Sequence record: PQ356294.1
Reading direction: 5' to 3' (one strand)
Length of the DNA stretch: 64,000 bases
Source: Escherichia phage Ec_YwIITB1
The notes beneath the pieces were generated by a model, which was given only the letters and a program-made list of their open reading frames with translations, was not told where the DNA came from and made no database searches. A program made the translations under genes and the position numbers. This document shows, piece by piece, positions 47,320-58,118 of the stretch (its first letter is position 1; every line of letters starts with the position of its first letter).

Positions 47320-47598
47320 TCAAAATGTAATTTCTAACCAATCACCATCACGCTGATCACTATTGACTTTAAAGCTAAATCCTTCTTTTCTCAGCCAATC
47401 ACCAATTTCTTCAGTAATCAATTTATCACGAGCAGTACAATAATAACTAAAATATGTTTTACCTTGTTCAGCTGCTTTATTAGCAAGTTCCGAAAAATCT
47501 TTAATAAAACACTCTAACTTAAACTGTTTACTTTTAAGTGCTTTTTCACGTAATTGATTAGCAAAAGATTCATTTTCATAAAGATCATACTGTTCCAT
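47320..47598 (-). CDS. hypothetical protein (92 aa)
   Basis: ATG-initiated ORF between rnlB and hoc. Confidence 0.5.
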   Translation of the reverse strand: MEQYDLYENESFANQLREKALKSKQFKLECFIKDFSELANKAAEQGKTYFSYYCTARDKLITEEIGDWLRKEGFSFKVNSDQRDGDWLEITF

Positions 47599-47601
47599 TT
47601 T

Positions 47602-47799
47602 TCACCTTTTATTAATATGTCTTTTTCTATAGACAACTTTTTCTCGAGTTTCAAATTTATTCTTAGCAGTCATAGCTCGAGCCCATAATACAGCCACTTC
47701 TTTCGCCTGTAAGTTCAATTCACGAGCAATTTCAATGAATGACTTTCCAGACTCATGAAGAGTAAACACCACAACCTCAGTTCTCATAATCAATCTCAT
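47602..47799 (-). CDS. hypothetical protein (65 aa)
   Basis: Small ATG-initiated ORF between rnlB and hoc. Confidence 0.45.
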   Translation of the reverse strand: MRLIMRTEVVVFTLHESGKSFIEIARELNLQAKEVAVLWARAMTAKNKFETREKVVYRKRHINKR

Positions 47800-47894
47800 G
47801 TTATCGAGTTGATGCCATTATATACATCATTTTCTGAGTATGTTTTGTGTGCTTTCAAAATGAAGAAAGGGGCCGAAGCCCCTTATGATTATGA

Positions 47895-49324
47895 TTATGG
47901 ATAGGTATAGATGATACCAGTTTCTAAAGCAGTTTTATGAATGATGTATCCATTGCGTGATTCTTGAACATCAACTTCTGGATAGTCTTTCATCATCTTC
48001 TGAAGAGTGTAACGATGCAGGTAGTATTTACTGTCTGGATCTTCAGTTTTCCAATCTTTACCTTCTTCGGTCATTTTTTGGATTTCATCCATAACCCACC
48101 AGCCGCACCAGATATAAGCCGAAGTACGATGTGGAAGAGGATGAACATAAGGCAATTCACCTTCTGGTTCCGGAGCAACTTTATCAGTTACCTGAACTTG
48201 GCCTGTTGCTTTAACTGTTTTACTATCATAGTCGGTTGCTGTAACGACAGCAGTAACTTCAATAGTTTGACTTCCAATAGATGAGGTGTCAACGGTGTAT
48301 ACATTAGTTGACCCTTCTACAGGAGAAGAATCTTTCTTCCATGAATAAGTAATTTGAGCTGCTTCAGGTGCTCCGTGACATTAGCCGTAAATGTAGCCGA
48401 AGCATCTTGCTGAACGTTAATAGAAGGAGGAGTCAATGTAACCTGTGGATTCATTGTCTTCTTATTAACTGTCAATGATACTTCATTAGAAGTAACTTCC
48501 TTTGCATCATAATTTTCAGCCGTTACTTGGGCTACACACTTAACTGTTTTAGCTCCAACTGTGGTAGGAGTATAGTTAAATGTAGTAGTAGTTTCTCCAT
48601 CGACCAGAGAACCGTCAACATACCACTGATACGTAGCAGACGCTCCTGGTGGCTGTGAAGCCAAGGTAGCAGTAAATTGAACTGGGGTTCCAATAACTCC
48701 TGCTGGAGGATTAGCAGGAGTTACGGCTAACGTAGTTGTCTGTGTTTTCTTATTAACAGTCAGTGACACTTCATTAGAAGTAACTTCCTTTGCATCATAA
48801 TCTGTCGCGGTTACTTGAGCTACACACTTAATTGTTTTAACTCCGCTTGCGTCAGGAGTGTAATTGAATGTAGTGCCAGTTGCTTCGCCCACAGGAGAAC
48901 CGTCAACGTGCCATTGATACGTAGCGTTTGCACTTGGTGGCTGTGAAGCTAAGGCAGCGGTAAATTCAATTGGAGTTCCAATCACTCCAGCATCAGGGCT
49001 ACCAGGAGTTACAGCTAAAATAGTTGTTTGTGTCTTATTTTGAACCGTGATAGTTGTCGTAGTTTCTGCTGTTTCAGGTTCAGGTTCAGATTCAGATTCT
49101 GGAACTGTATTTGTTGCAACGACTTTAATAGTCTTTTGACCTGCAGGTCCTTTTAATACATAGCCAAAAGTTGCCGCTTCTCCATCTTGCGGAACATTAT
49201 CTACACTCCAAGCATAGGTAATAGTTCCATCTCCAGTTTCACCACTGGGTGTAGCAGTAAACTGCTTGGTTTCATCAATAACTCCTGTTGGGGTTTTAGG
49301 AGTTATATCAACTGTAAAAGTCAT
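47895..49324 (-). CDS. hoc: Hoc outer capsid protein (Ig-like domains), frame-disrupted in this sequence
   Basis: N-terminal ORF 48317..49324 (MTFTVDITPKTPTGVIDETKQFTATPSG...) with repeated Ig-like domains ends after ...ANVT; the fourth domain and the capsid-binding C-terminus (...APEPEGELPYVHPLPHR... to IIYTYP) are intact in the +2 frame down to 47895; the junction is at a GG run near 48373. Confidence 0.85.
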
Positions 49325-49333
49325 AAGTTATCC

Positions 49334-50014
49334 TTATTTTAATGTTACGAAAGAAGAATTACGTGTTTCACGAATTAGAACTGATCCGTCGCGATTAATG
49401 TAATAAATTAAGCTAAATAAAGTTTGATGCGCAGACGCATGCTCAAAACTGGTTGGGCGAGATTTCCAATCTGGAGTTTCAGCAATCCATTGGTAAATCC
49501 ACCAAGGAACAGTGCAGAATCCTGGATTTTTTCCAATCAGCTGAAGATTCGGGCTAAAGTTTTCCGGAAGAGTAAATACAGACGGCTTTTCAGATTCAAT
49601 AATCTCAGCTACAGCCTGCTCGAATTTTTCTTCAACAAAAGGAGTATCTTCAATCAAAACATCGGTATTTTCAGGAATTTTATCCATTTCTACTACTTCA
49701 ATTTTAATGTCAGATTTAACCGGAGAATCAATCAGAAGTGCTGCCTCTGGATTGACTTCTTCATCGTCATATTTTAATCCGTCTGCGGCATCAGCAGCAT
49801 CAATTAAGTCTTTAATAGATAACCCATCAGTCTCTGGCATAGGTTCACTAGCGAGCTTCTGGAGGGCTTCTTCAATATCAACAACGATATTATCAAAAGA
49901 TTTATTCTTTTTGACTTTTATACCAAACTGTTCAGCATATTCAGCTAATTTAGCTTTAGCTTCTTTATTATCATCAAGAGCCTTCAGCTCTGCAATATAA
50001 TCTTTATCTATCAT
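49334..50014 (-). CDS. inh: Inh, inhibitor of prohead protease
   Basis: 226 aa at the T4 inh position next to hoc. Confidence 0.8.
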   Translation of the reverse strand: MIDKDYIAELKALDDNKEAKAKLAEYAEQFGIKVKKNKSFDNIVVDIEEALQKLASEPMPETDGLSIKDLIDAADAADGLKYDDEEVNPEAALLIDSPVKSDIKIEVVEMDKIPENTDVLIEDTPFVEEKFEQAVAEIIESEKPSVFTLPENFSPNLQLIGKNPGFCTVPWWIYQWIAETPDWKSRPTSFEHASAHQTLFSLIYYINRDGSVLIRETRNSSFVTLK

Positions 50015-50064
50015 AATATTTCCTCAGTATAAATATAGATATATTTATTACATGGTATTTAGAC

Positions 50065-51576
50065 ATGACTGACATTAAAGTACATTTTTATGATTTTAGT
50101 CACGTGAGAATTGATTGTGAAGAAAGTACATTTCATGAACTCCGTGATTTCTTTAGCTTTGAAGCCGATGGGTATCGTTTTAATCCAAAGTACAGATATG
50201 GTAACTGGGATGGACGAATCCGTCTTTTAGATTATAATCGTCTTCTTCCATTCGGCTTAGTCGGGCAAATTAAAAAGTTCTGTGATAACTTTGGCTATAA
50301 AGCCTGGATTGACCCACAGATTAACGAAAAAGAAGAATTATCAAGAAAAGATTTTGATGAATGGCTTTCTAAATTAGAAATCTATTCAGGAAATAAAAGA
50401 ATTGAACCGCATTGGTATCAAAAAGATGCAGTGTTCGAAGGATTAGTTAATCGTCGTAGAATTCTTAATCTTCCAACATCCGCAGGTAAATCTTTAATTC
50501 AAGCTTTGCTTGCTCGATATTATTTGGAAAATTATGAAGGCAAAATTCTTATCATTGTTCCAACAACTGCTCTGACAACTCAGATGGCTGATGACTTTGT
50601 TGACTATCGTTTATTCAGTCATGCAATGATAAAGAAAATCGGCGGTGGAGCATCAAAAGATGATAAATATAAAAATGATGCACCAGTCGTTGTTGGTACA
50701 TGGCAAACTGTAGTAAAACAACCGAAAGAATGGTTCTCACAGTTTGGAATGATGATGAATGACGAATGCCATCTTGCTACAGGAAAAAGTATTTCATCTA
50801 TCATATCAGGTTTAAATAACTGTATGTTTAAATTTGGTTTATCTGGTTCATTGCGCGATGGCAAAGCCAATATCATGCAGTATGTTGGAATGTTTGGTGA
50901 AATATTTAAGCCAGTAACGACCTCTAAATTAATGGAAGATGGACAAGTAACTGAGTTAAAAATTAATAGTATTTTTCTTCGCTATCCCGATGAGTTCACT
51001 ACTAAATTAAAGGGAAAAACTTACCAAGAAGAAATAAAAATTATTACTGGACTCAGTAAAAGAAATAAATGGATCGCTAAATTAGCTATTAAGCTTGCAC
51101 AAAAAGATGAAAACGCTTTTGTCATGTTTAAACACGTATCACATGGTAAAGCTATTTTCGATTTAATTAAAAATGAATACGATAAAGTTTATTACGTATC
51201 AGGGGAAGTTGATACCGAAACCCGCAATGTAATGAAAACCTTAGCTGAAAACGGTAAAGGAATAATTATAGTAGCTAGTTATGGTGTATTTTCTACCGGT
51301 ATTTCAGTTAAAAATCTGCATCACGTTGTTTTAGCACACGGTGTTAAATCTAAAATTATTGTATTACAAACAATCGGTCGTGTATTACGTAAGCATGGTT
51401 CCAAAACAATCGCAACAGTCTGGGACCTCATAGATGATTGTGGTGTTAAACCAAAATCTGCTAATACGAAAAAGAAATACGTTCATTTGAACTATCTTTT
51501 AAAACACGGCATTGATCGTATTCAGCGCTACGCAGATGAAAAATTTAATTACGTAATGAAAACAGTTAATTTATAA
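50065..51576 (+). CDS. uvsW: UvsW helicase
   Basis: 503 aa; SF2 helicase motifs (Walker A LPTSAGKS, DEAD-like MNDECH); T4 UvsW length. Confidence 0.95.
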   Translation: MTDIKVHFYDFSHVRIDCEESTFHELRDFFSFEADGYRFNPKYRYGNWDGRIRLLDYNRLLPFGLVGQIKKFCDNFGYKAWIDPQINEKEELSRKDFDEWLSKLEIYSGNKRIEPHWYQKDAVFEGLVNRRRILNLPTSAGKSLIQALLARYYLENYEGKILIIVPTTALTTQMADDFVDYRLFSHAMIKKIGGGASKDDKYKNDAPVVVGTWQTVVKQPKEWFSQFGMMMNDECHLATGKSISSIISGLNNCMFKFGLSGSLRDGKANIMQYVGMFGEIFKPVTTSKLMEDGQVTELKINSIFLRYPDEFTTKLKGKTYQEEIKIITGLSKRNKWIAKLAIKLAQKDENAFVMFKHVSHGKAIFDLIKNEYDKVYYVSGEVDTETRNVMKTLAENGKGIIIVASYGVFSTGISVKNLHHVVLAHGVKSKIIVLQTIGRVLRKHGSKTIATVWDLIDDCGVKPKSANTKKKYVHLNYLLKHGIDRIQRYADEKFNYVMKTVNL

Positions 51577-51601
51577 GGGCTTCGGCCCTTTGGAGAAAAA
51601 G

Positions 51602-51832
51602 ATGTTACTAGAATTTAAACAATTTCTTTATGAAGCTTCTATTGATGAATTTATGGGTAAAATTGCCTCTTGTCAAACAATAGAAGGTTTAGAAGAACTT
51701 GAAGCTTATTACAAGAAAAGAGTTAAAGAAACTGAATTAAAAGATACTGATGACATCTCAGTCAGAGATGCTTTGGCAGGAAAAAGAGCTGAATTAGAAG
51801 ATTCAGACGATGAAGTAGAAGAAAGCTTTTAA
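51602..51832 (+). CDS. uvsW.1: UvsW.1
   Basis: ORF track starts at TTG 51590; ATG (MLLEFKQFLYEASIDEF) at 51602 with GGAG RBS gives 76 aa. Confidence 0.8.
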   Translation: MLLEFKQFLYEASIDEFMGKIASCQTIEGLEELEAYYKKRVKETELKDTDDISVRDALAGKRAELEDSDDEVEESF

Positions 51833-51887
51833 ATTAAAAAAGGCCCAACCAAAAAGGAAGGGCCAAAACTATAGACTAAAGGTCACA

Positions 51888-52055
51888 CTATAGCAAAAGT
51901 TGTGTTTCATTTAATTGTTCTTCCGAACTTTCTGAAACTGGTAGTTCTTTAATGTAATTATAACAAGGCCCAGGATGTACAGGACCTTTGTCTGTTTCAA
52001 CAACCAATGCAGAATCGATTGGAGTTTTACAGACAACACAAATCTTATCTGACAT
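51888..52055 (-). CDS. small zinc-ribbon hypothetical protein (uvsY.-2 position)
   Basis: ORF track starts at GTG 52118; ATG (MSDKICVVCKTPID...PCYNY) at 52055 with AGGAG RBS. Confidence 0.5.
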   Translation of the reverse strand: MSDKICVVCKTPIDSALVVETDKGPVHPGPCYNYIKELPVSESSEEQLNETQLLL

Positions 52056-52080
52056 GATTGTCTCCTTTTGAATATAGTAA

Positions 52081-52088
52081 TATTTATA
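52081..52088 (-). promoter_or_regulatory. late promoter upstream of the uvsY operon
   Basis: Minus strand TATAAATA about 25 nt upstream of the ATG at 52055. Confidence 0.5.
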
Positions 52089-52159
52089 AACCCATTTTAA
52101 TCCGCATTTCTTGCACACGGATTAAGCAAGCTTCCATCTCTGCTAAATTATATATCTAT

Positions 52160-52384
52160 TTATATAACTCTCATATGCATATCAATGCCCATATCTTTAG
52201 AATAAAAATATTCATCAAGATATCCGGCAAATTTTCCTTTAACATAAAGTACATCTTCACCACATGGATGGTCGGCCAGGATACGAATATCCTGACGCTT
52301 GAGATTATACTTTTTCATTAAGAATTGAATTTCCGTTTCGAATTCTTCTTCATAATTAAAAGCATCATCAATGCTATATCTCAT
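52160..52384 (-). CDS. hypothetical protein (uvsY.-1 position)
   Basis: 74 aa; ATG overlaps the uvsY stop. Confidence 0.55.
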   Translation of the reverse strand: MRYSIDDAFNYEEEFETEIQFLMKKYNLKRQDIRILADHPCGEDVLYVKGKFAGYLDEYFYSKDMGIDMHMRVI

Positions 52385-52797
52385 TATTTTCCAGCCTCAA
52401 ATGCTCGCATGTCTTGAATATGCTTAATAGCAAATCCGCGCGATTTAATAGCATCAAGAGCTCCGCTACAGAAATCCAATAAAATTCCCCAATACTGCAA
52501 TGAAGTATCAACTTTTAAAACATCCTTATCAGCTGATAGAACTGTCTTCATTTCTGATTTCTCATAGCGGTCCATACTAAATTCATCACCATCTCCTCGT
52601 CCCGAGTAGTAGTCTAATCTAGCTTTAAGAGCAACTTTTTTCTGTGCGTCAATTCTAAGCATTTCCTTTTTAATACTTGAATGCTTATTGAGCCATTTAC
52701 TATATAACATCACATTATTAGCTGCTTCATACTGTAATTTAGTCGAATCTATAAACACATCTTTCTTCAATTCTTCTTGAAGATCTTCTAATCTCAT
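52384..52797 (-). CDS. uvsY: UvsY recombination mediator
   Basis: 137 aa, MRLEDLQEELKKDVFIDSTKLQYEAANN matches T4 UvsY. Confidence 0.95.
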   Translation of the reverse strand: MRLEDLQEELKKDVFIDSTKLQYEAANNVMLYSKWLNKHSSIKKEMLRIDAQKKVALKARLDYYSGRGDGDEFSMDRYEKSEMKTVLSADKDVLKVDTSLQYWGILLDFCSGALDAIKSRGFAIKHIQDMRAFEAGK

Positions 52798-52863
52798 ATT
52801 GCTCTCTATTCAATTGTTATTGGATGGACTTAGATTCATTATACCACGTTTATACGTGAAGCA

Positions 52864-53262
52864 TTATACTCTGTTACTGGAAGCCAGTTGTAGTTTTATC
52901 TGCTCAATATCATCAGGGTTATCGATGACTGAAAAGCGTATTTCTACTATCAGAGTATAATCATCATAAACCGGTATTACATTAACTGCTAATTTATCAA
53001 TACGTGGCTCGTAGTTTCTTACTGCGCTTTCAATGTTACGCTCAACAGTATCAGCAGTAAGAGGAGTCATATTCTCAAAAAGTTGATCAGATAAATCGCA
53101 TCCAAATTCTGGGTCAAATGGCCTTGACCCTTTCCTGGTTGTAATAATTCCTAAAAGGCTATTTTTAATTGACCTTAATCCAAGAGATCTTGAAACATCT
53201 TTGTCCCAATCCATTTTCATTTCTGGGTCAATGTCAGAATAAAGCTTATTAATATTTGCCAT
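52864..53262 (-). CDS. 25: gp25 baseplate wedge protein
   Basis: 132 aa, [23 protein letters not shown] matches T4 gp25. Confidence 0.95.
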   Translation of the reverse strand: MANINKLYSDIDPEMKMDWDKDVSRSLGLRSIKNSLLGIITTRKGSRPFDPEFGCDLSDQLFENMTPLTADTVERNIESAVRNYEPRIDKLAVNVIPVYDDYTLIVEIRFSVIDNPDDIEQIKLQLASSNRV

Positions 53263-53888
53263 TACAATAGCTCAAAGAATTCTTTGAGTCCTCTTATTAC
53301 ATGAGCGTGAGTTTTTCCACACTCTGGACACTTAATTGGAACAGCCAAATAAACAGTAGGCTTTAAAAGCATATCTTTTATAGCTACAATATCTGACTCT
53401 GTGATGATAGAGTATAAATCTTCCAGTTCTTTTTCATTTAAATCTTCAACTGGAATGCTTTCACCGTTAGCATGAATCGTTTCTATGCATGATACTATCA
53501 TGTGGGCTATATTTTTATCATCAAAAATTTTAGGGTAATGGAACTTAATTTTAATGTCACCCAGTGTATACCAGAGGTCTTCTGGTGCATCTATTTGTGT
53601 ATGTAATAGATTTATATGGGTTGGTATTTCAGCTCCGCAGGTGCACTTCCAGGAATTTTCATGATTAACTTCTCCAAGAGAATGTGCCCATAAATGAATC
53701 AGCAGTAGTTCTGATTCTTGACGGTTTAAATCTTTTGCATTTGTGCATTCTTTGATTAGCTTTTTAACGATCTCTTCTACTGAACCGTTCTTTTTAGCAG
53801 TAATAAGTTCTAGATATTCTTTAAGAGTAAATGCGCGGCAGTTGATTATTTTAGAACCAACTCTCACGTCAAATTTGTATTCATACAT
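53262..53888 (-). CDS. 26: gp26 baseplate hub protein
   Basis: 208 aa, T4 gp26 length and position. Confidence 0.9.
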   Translation of the reverse strand: MYEYKFDVRVGSKIINCRAFTLKEYLELITAKKNGSVEEIVKKLIKECTNAKDLNRQESELLLIHLWAHSLGEVNHENSWKCTCGAEIPTHINLLHTQIDAPEDLWYTLGDIKIKFHYPKIFDDKNIAHMIVSCIETIHANGESIPVEDLNEKELEDLYSIITESDIVAIKDMLLKPTVYLAVPIKCPECGKTHAHVIRGLKEFFELL

Positions 53889-53909
53889 ATTTAGCTCCTT
53901 TATTTATCA

Positions 53910-53921
53910 TATTTATAAATA
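53910..53921. promoter_or_regulatory. divergent overlapping late promoters for genes 26 and 51
   Basis: TATTTATAAATA reads TATAAATA on both strands, between the divergent starts at 53888 and 53939. Confidence 0.55.
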
Positions 53922-53938
53922 GAATAAAAGGAGCATCT

Positions 53939-54688
53939 ATGGCAAACATTATTCGTTGTAAATTACCAGATGGTGTTCATCGTTTTAAACCATTTACGGT
54001 AGAAGATTATCGAGATTTTTTGTTAGTTCGAAACGATATAGAACATCGGTCACCACAAGAACAAAAAGAAATAATTGCTGATTTAATTGCTGATTATTTT
54101 GGAGACTATCCGAAGACTTGGCAACCATTTATATTTTTGCAGGTATTTGTAGGGTCAATAGGTAAAACTAAAGTACCGGTCACATTTGTATGTCCAAAAT
54201 GCAAAAAAGAAAAGACAGTTCCATTTGAAATATATCAAAAAGAATTAAAGGAACCTGTTTTTGATGTAGCTAATGTTAAAATTAAATTAAAGTTTCCTTC
54301 TGAGTTTTATGAAAATAAAGCAAAGATGATTACTGAAAATATTCATTCCGTTCAAGTAGATGAAATGTGGTATGATTGGAAGGAAATTAGCGAATCGAGT
54401 CAAATAGAACTTGTTGATGCCATCGAGATAGAAACATTAGAAAAAATTCTCGATGCAATGAATCCTATTAATTTAACGTTGCATATGTCATGTTGTAATA
54501 AGTATGTAAAAAAATACACTGATATAGTAGATGTGTTTAAGCTATTAGTTAATCCAGATGAGATATTTACTTTTTATCAAATCAATCACACGCTCGTAAA
54601 AAGTAATTATAGTTTAAATTCAATAATGAAAATGATTCCTGCTGAGCGCGGATTCGTATTAAAACTGATTGAGAAGGATAAACAATAA
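53939..54688 (+). CDS. 51: gp51 baseplate hub assembly catalyst
   Basis: 249 aa, T4 gp51 length and position. Confidence 0.9.
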   Translation: MANIIRCKLPDGVHRFKPFTVEDYRDFLLVRNDIEHRSPQEQKEIIADLIADYFGDYPKTWQPFIFLQVFVGSIGKTKVPVTFVCPKCKKEKTVPFEIYQKELKEPVFDVANVKIKLKFPSEFYENKAKMITENIHSVQVDEMWYDWKEISESSQIELVDAIEIETLEKILDAMNPINLTLHMSCCNKYVKKYTDIVDVFKLLVNPDEIFTFYQINHTLVKSNYSLNSIMKMIPAERGFVLKLIEKDKQ

Positions 54689-55863
54689 TGAGTATGTTGC
54701 AACGCCCAGGATATCCAAATCTCAGCGTTAAATTATTTGATAGCTACGACGCTTGGAGTAATAATAGATTTGTTGAATTAGCTGCTACTATTACCACATT
54801 AACTATGCGGGATTCTCTTTATGGCCGAAATGAAGGAATGCTGCAGTTTTATGATTCTAAAAATATCCATACAAAAATGGATGGGAACGAAATAATTCAG
54901 ATTTCTGTGGCTAATGCAAACGATATTAATAATGTTAAAACAAGAATTTATGGATGTAAGCATTTTTCAGTGTCAGTAGATTCAAAGGGTGATAACATCA
55001 TTGCTATTGAATTGGGAACTATTCATTCTATAGAAAATCTTAAATTTGGCAGACCGTTTTTCTCTGATGCAGGTGAATCTATAAAGGAAATGCTTGGCGT
55101 CATTTATCAGGATCGCACGTTATTAACTCCAGCAATAAATGCTATAAATGCTTATGTTCCTGATATTCCATGGACTAGCACATTTGAAAACTATTTGTCG
55201 TATGTCAGGGAAGTTGCTCTAGCTGTAGGAAGTGACAAATTTGTATTTGTGTGGCAAGACATCATGGGAGTTAACATGATGGACTATGATATGATGATAA
55301 ATCAAGAACCGTATCCAATGATTGTCGGTGAGCCATCTTTAATAGGTCAATTCATCCAAGAATTAAAATATCCATTAGCATATGATTTCGTTTGGTTGAC
55401 TAAATCGAATCCTCATAAACGTGACCCAATGAAAAACGCTACTATCTATGCGCATTCATTTTTAGATTCTTCAATACCAATGATTACTACAGGAAAGGGC
55501 GAAAACTCTATTGTAGTGTCAAGGTCAGGTGCTTATTCTGAAATGACTTATAGGAATGGCTATGAAGAAGCTATTCGTCTTCAAACTATGGCGCAATATG
55601 ACGGCTATGCTAAATGTTCTACTGTCGGTAATTTTAACTTGACTCCTGGTGTTAAAATTATTTTTAATGATAGTAAAAACCAATTTAAAACAGAATTTTA
55701 CGTTGATGAAGTTATCCATGAATTATCCAATAATAATTCAGTAACTCATCTATATATGTTCACTAATGCAACGAAACTGGAAACAATAGACCCAGTTAAG
55801 GTTAAAAATGAATTTAAATCTGATACTACCACTGAAGAAAGTAGTTCTTCCAATAAGCAATAA
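54688..55863 (+). CDS. 27: gp27 baseplate hub protein
   Basis: 391 aa, T4 gp27 length and position. Confidence 0.95.
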   Translation: MSMLQRPGYPNLSVKLFDSYDAWSNNRFVELAATITTLTMRDSLYGRNEGMLQFYDSKNIHTKMDGNEIIQISVANANDINNVKTRIYGCKHFSVSVDSKGDNIIAIELGTIHSIENLKFGRPFFSDAGESIKEMLGVIYQDRTLLTPAINAINAYVPDIPWTSTFENYLSYVREVALAVGSDKFVFVWQDIMGVNMMDYDMMINQEPYPMIVGEPSLIGQFIQELKYPLAYDFVWLTKSNPHKRDPMKNATIYAHSFLDSSIPMITTGKGENSIVVSRSGAYSEMTYRNGYEEAIRLQTMAQYDGYAKCSTVGNFNLTPGVKIIFNDSKNQFKTEFYVDEVIHELSNNNSVTHLYMFTNATKLETIDPVKVKNEFKSDTTTEESSSSNKQ

Positions 55864-56341
55864 AGAAGTTTCTATTCCTAAAATGGGTCTTAAACATTAT
55901 AACATTTTAAAAGATGTTAAAGGTCCTGATGAAAATTTAAAACTTCTTATTGATTCTATTTGTCCGAATTTATCACCAGCAGAAGTTGATTTTGTTTCTA
56001 TTCATTTATTGGAATTTAATGGAAAGATTAAATCTCGTAAAGAAATAGATGGTTATACTTATGACATTAATGATGTTTATGTGTGCCAAAGATTAGAATT
56101 TCAATACCAAGGAAATACATTTTATTTTAGACCTCCTGGAAAATTTGAACAATTTTTAACGGTGAGCGATATGTTATCCAAATGCTTGCTTAAGGTCAAT
56201 GATGAAGTTAAAGAAATTAATTTTCTTGAGATGCCAGCATTCGTTTTAAAATGGGCAAATGATATTTTTACAACTTTAGCAATTCCTGGCCCTAATGGTC
56301 CAATAACTGGAATTGGTAATATTATTGGATTATTTGAATGA
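55808..56341 (+). CDS. 28: gp28 baseplate hub distal subunit
   Basis: 177 aa, T4 gp28 length; overlaps the gp27 3' end. Confidence 0.85.
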   Translation: MNLNLILPLKKVVLPISNKEVSIPKMGLKHYNILKDVKGPDENLKLLIDSICPNLSPAEVDFVSIHLLEFNGKIKSRKEIDGYTYDINDVYVCQRLEFQYQGNTFYFRPPGKFEQFLTVSDMLSKCLLKVNDEVKEINFLEMPAFVLKWANDIFTTLAIPGPNGPITGIGNIIGLFE

Positions 56342-58110
56342 AAAAGCCACAAGAAATGCAAACGATGCGTAGAAAAGTTATTTCAGATAATAAACCAACA
56401 CAGGAAGCGGCTAAATCCGCTTCTAACACTTTATCTGGGCTTAATGACATTTCTACAAAATTGGATGATGCTCAAGCTGCTTCCGAATTAATAGCTCAAA
56501 CCGTTGAAGAAAAATCGAATGAAATAATTGGAGCAATTGACAATGTAGAAAACGCAGTGAGTGATACTACTGCTGGTTCTGAGTTAATTGCTGAAACTGT
56601 AGAAATTGGCAACAATATTAATAAAGAAATTGGTGAATCACTCGGAAGTAAATTAGATAAATTAACGAGTTTACTAGAACAAAAAATTCAAACAGCCGGA
56701 ATTCAACAAACAGGAACTAGTTTAGCTACGGTTGAAAGCGCTATTCCTGTTAAAGTCGTTGAGGATGATACAGCTGAATCTGTTGGTCCTTTATTACCAG
56801 CTCCTGAAGCGGTTAATAATGATCCTGATGCTGATTTTTTCCCTACCCCTCAACCAGTTGAACCTAAACAAGAATCGCCAGAAGAAAAACAGAAAAAAGA
56901 AGCATTTAACTTAAAATTATCTCAAGCTTTAGATAAATTAACAAAGACTGTTGATTTTGGATTTAAGAAATCTATTTCAATTAGTGATAAAATATCAAGC
57001 ATGTTATTTAAGTATACCGTTAGTGCTGCTATTGAAGCTGCTAAAATGACTGCAATGATATTGGCTGTTGTTGTTGGAATAGATCTGTTAATGGTTCACT
57101 TCAAATATTGGTCAGATAAATTTTCACAGGCATGGGATTTGTTTAGTACAAACTTTACCAAATTCTCAAGCGAAACCGGAACTTGGGGTCCTTTATTACA
57201 GAGCATCTTTGAATCTATTGATGAAATTAAAAAGTTCTGGGAAGCTGGAGACTGGGGCGGATTGACAGTAGCTATTGTCGAAGGACTTGGAAAGGTTCTT
57301 TTTAATTTAGGAGAGCTTATTCAACTTGGAATGGCTAAATTATCTGCGGCAATTCTTCGAGTTATTCCTGGTATGAAGGATACTGCTGATGAAGTAGAAG
57401 GAAGAGCGCTAGAAAATTTCCAAAATACTACAAATGCTTCTCTTAGCAAAGAAGACCAGGAAAAAGTTGCGAATTATCAATATAAAAGAATGAATGGAGA
57501 CCTTGGTCCGATAGCAGAAGGGCTAGACAAGATTGCGAACTGGAAAACTCGCGCATCTAACTGGATTCGTGGTGTTGATAATAAAGAAGCACTAACGACT
57601 GATGAAGAACGAGCAGAGGAAGAAGAAAAATTAAAACAACTTTCACCAGAAGAAAGAAAAAATGCTTTAATGAAAGCTAATGAAGCCCGGGCCGCGATGA
57701 TTCGTTTTGAAAAATATGCTGATTCAGCTGATATGAGTAAAGACTCAACGGTTAAATCAGTTGAAGCTGCCTATGAAGACCTTAAAAAACGGATGGATGA
57801 CCCGGATTTAAATAATTCACCGGCAGTTAAAAAAGAACTTGCTGCTAGATTTTCTAAAATTGATGCTACTTATCAAGAGCTCAAGAAAAATCAGCCTAAT
57901 GCCAAACCTCAAACTTCTGCTAAATCGCCAGAAGCAAAACAAGTCCAGGTAATAGAAAAGAACAAAGCACAGCAAGCTCCTGTTCAACAAGCATCTCCTT
58001 CAATCAATAATACTAATAATGTTATTAAGAAAAATACTGTCGTTCATAATATGACACCCGTAACGAGCACGACTGCTCCTGGTGTATTTGATGCGACTGG
58101 AGTTAATTAA
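56338..58110 (+). CDS. 29: gp29 baseplate hub and tail length determinator
   Basis: 590 aa, T4 gp29 length and position. Confidence 0.95.
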   Translation: MKKPQEMQTMRRKVISDNKPTQEAAKSASNTLSGLNDISTKLDDAQAASELIAQTVEEKSNEIIGAIDNVENAVSDTTAGSELIAETVEIGNNINKEIGESLGSKLDKLTSLLEQKIQTAGIQQTGTSLATVESAIPVKVVEDDTAESVGPLLPAPEAVNNDPDADFFPTPQPVEPKQESPEEKQKKEAFNLKLSQALDKLTKTVDFGFKKSISISDKISSMLFKYTVSAAIEAAKMTAMILAVVVGIDLLMVHFKYWSDKFSQAWDLFSTNFTKFSSETGTWGPLLQSIFESIDEIKKFWEAGDWGGLTVAIVEGLGKVLFNLGELIQLGMAKLSAAILRVIPGMKDTADEVEGRALENFQNTTNASLSKEDQEKVANYQYKRMNGDLGPIAEGLDKIANWKTRASNWIRGVDNKEALTTDEERAEEEEKLKQLSPEERKNALMKANEARAAMIRFEKYADSADMSKDSTVKSVEAAYEDLKKRMDDPDLNNSPAVKKELAARFSKIDATYQELKKNQPNAKPQTSAKSPEAKQVQVIEKNKAQQAPVQQASPSINNTNNVIKKNTVVHNMTPVTSTTAPGVFDATGVN

Positions 58111-58118
58111 GGAATAAT

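Noticed and set aside
47964-48284. 106-aa plus-strand ORF
   Set aside because: Lies antisense within the hoc coding region at the frameshift gap; no RBS or promoter
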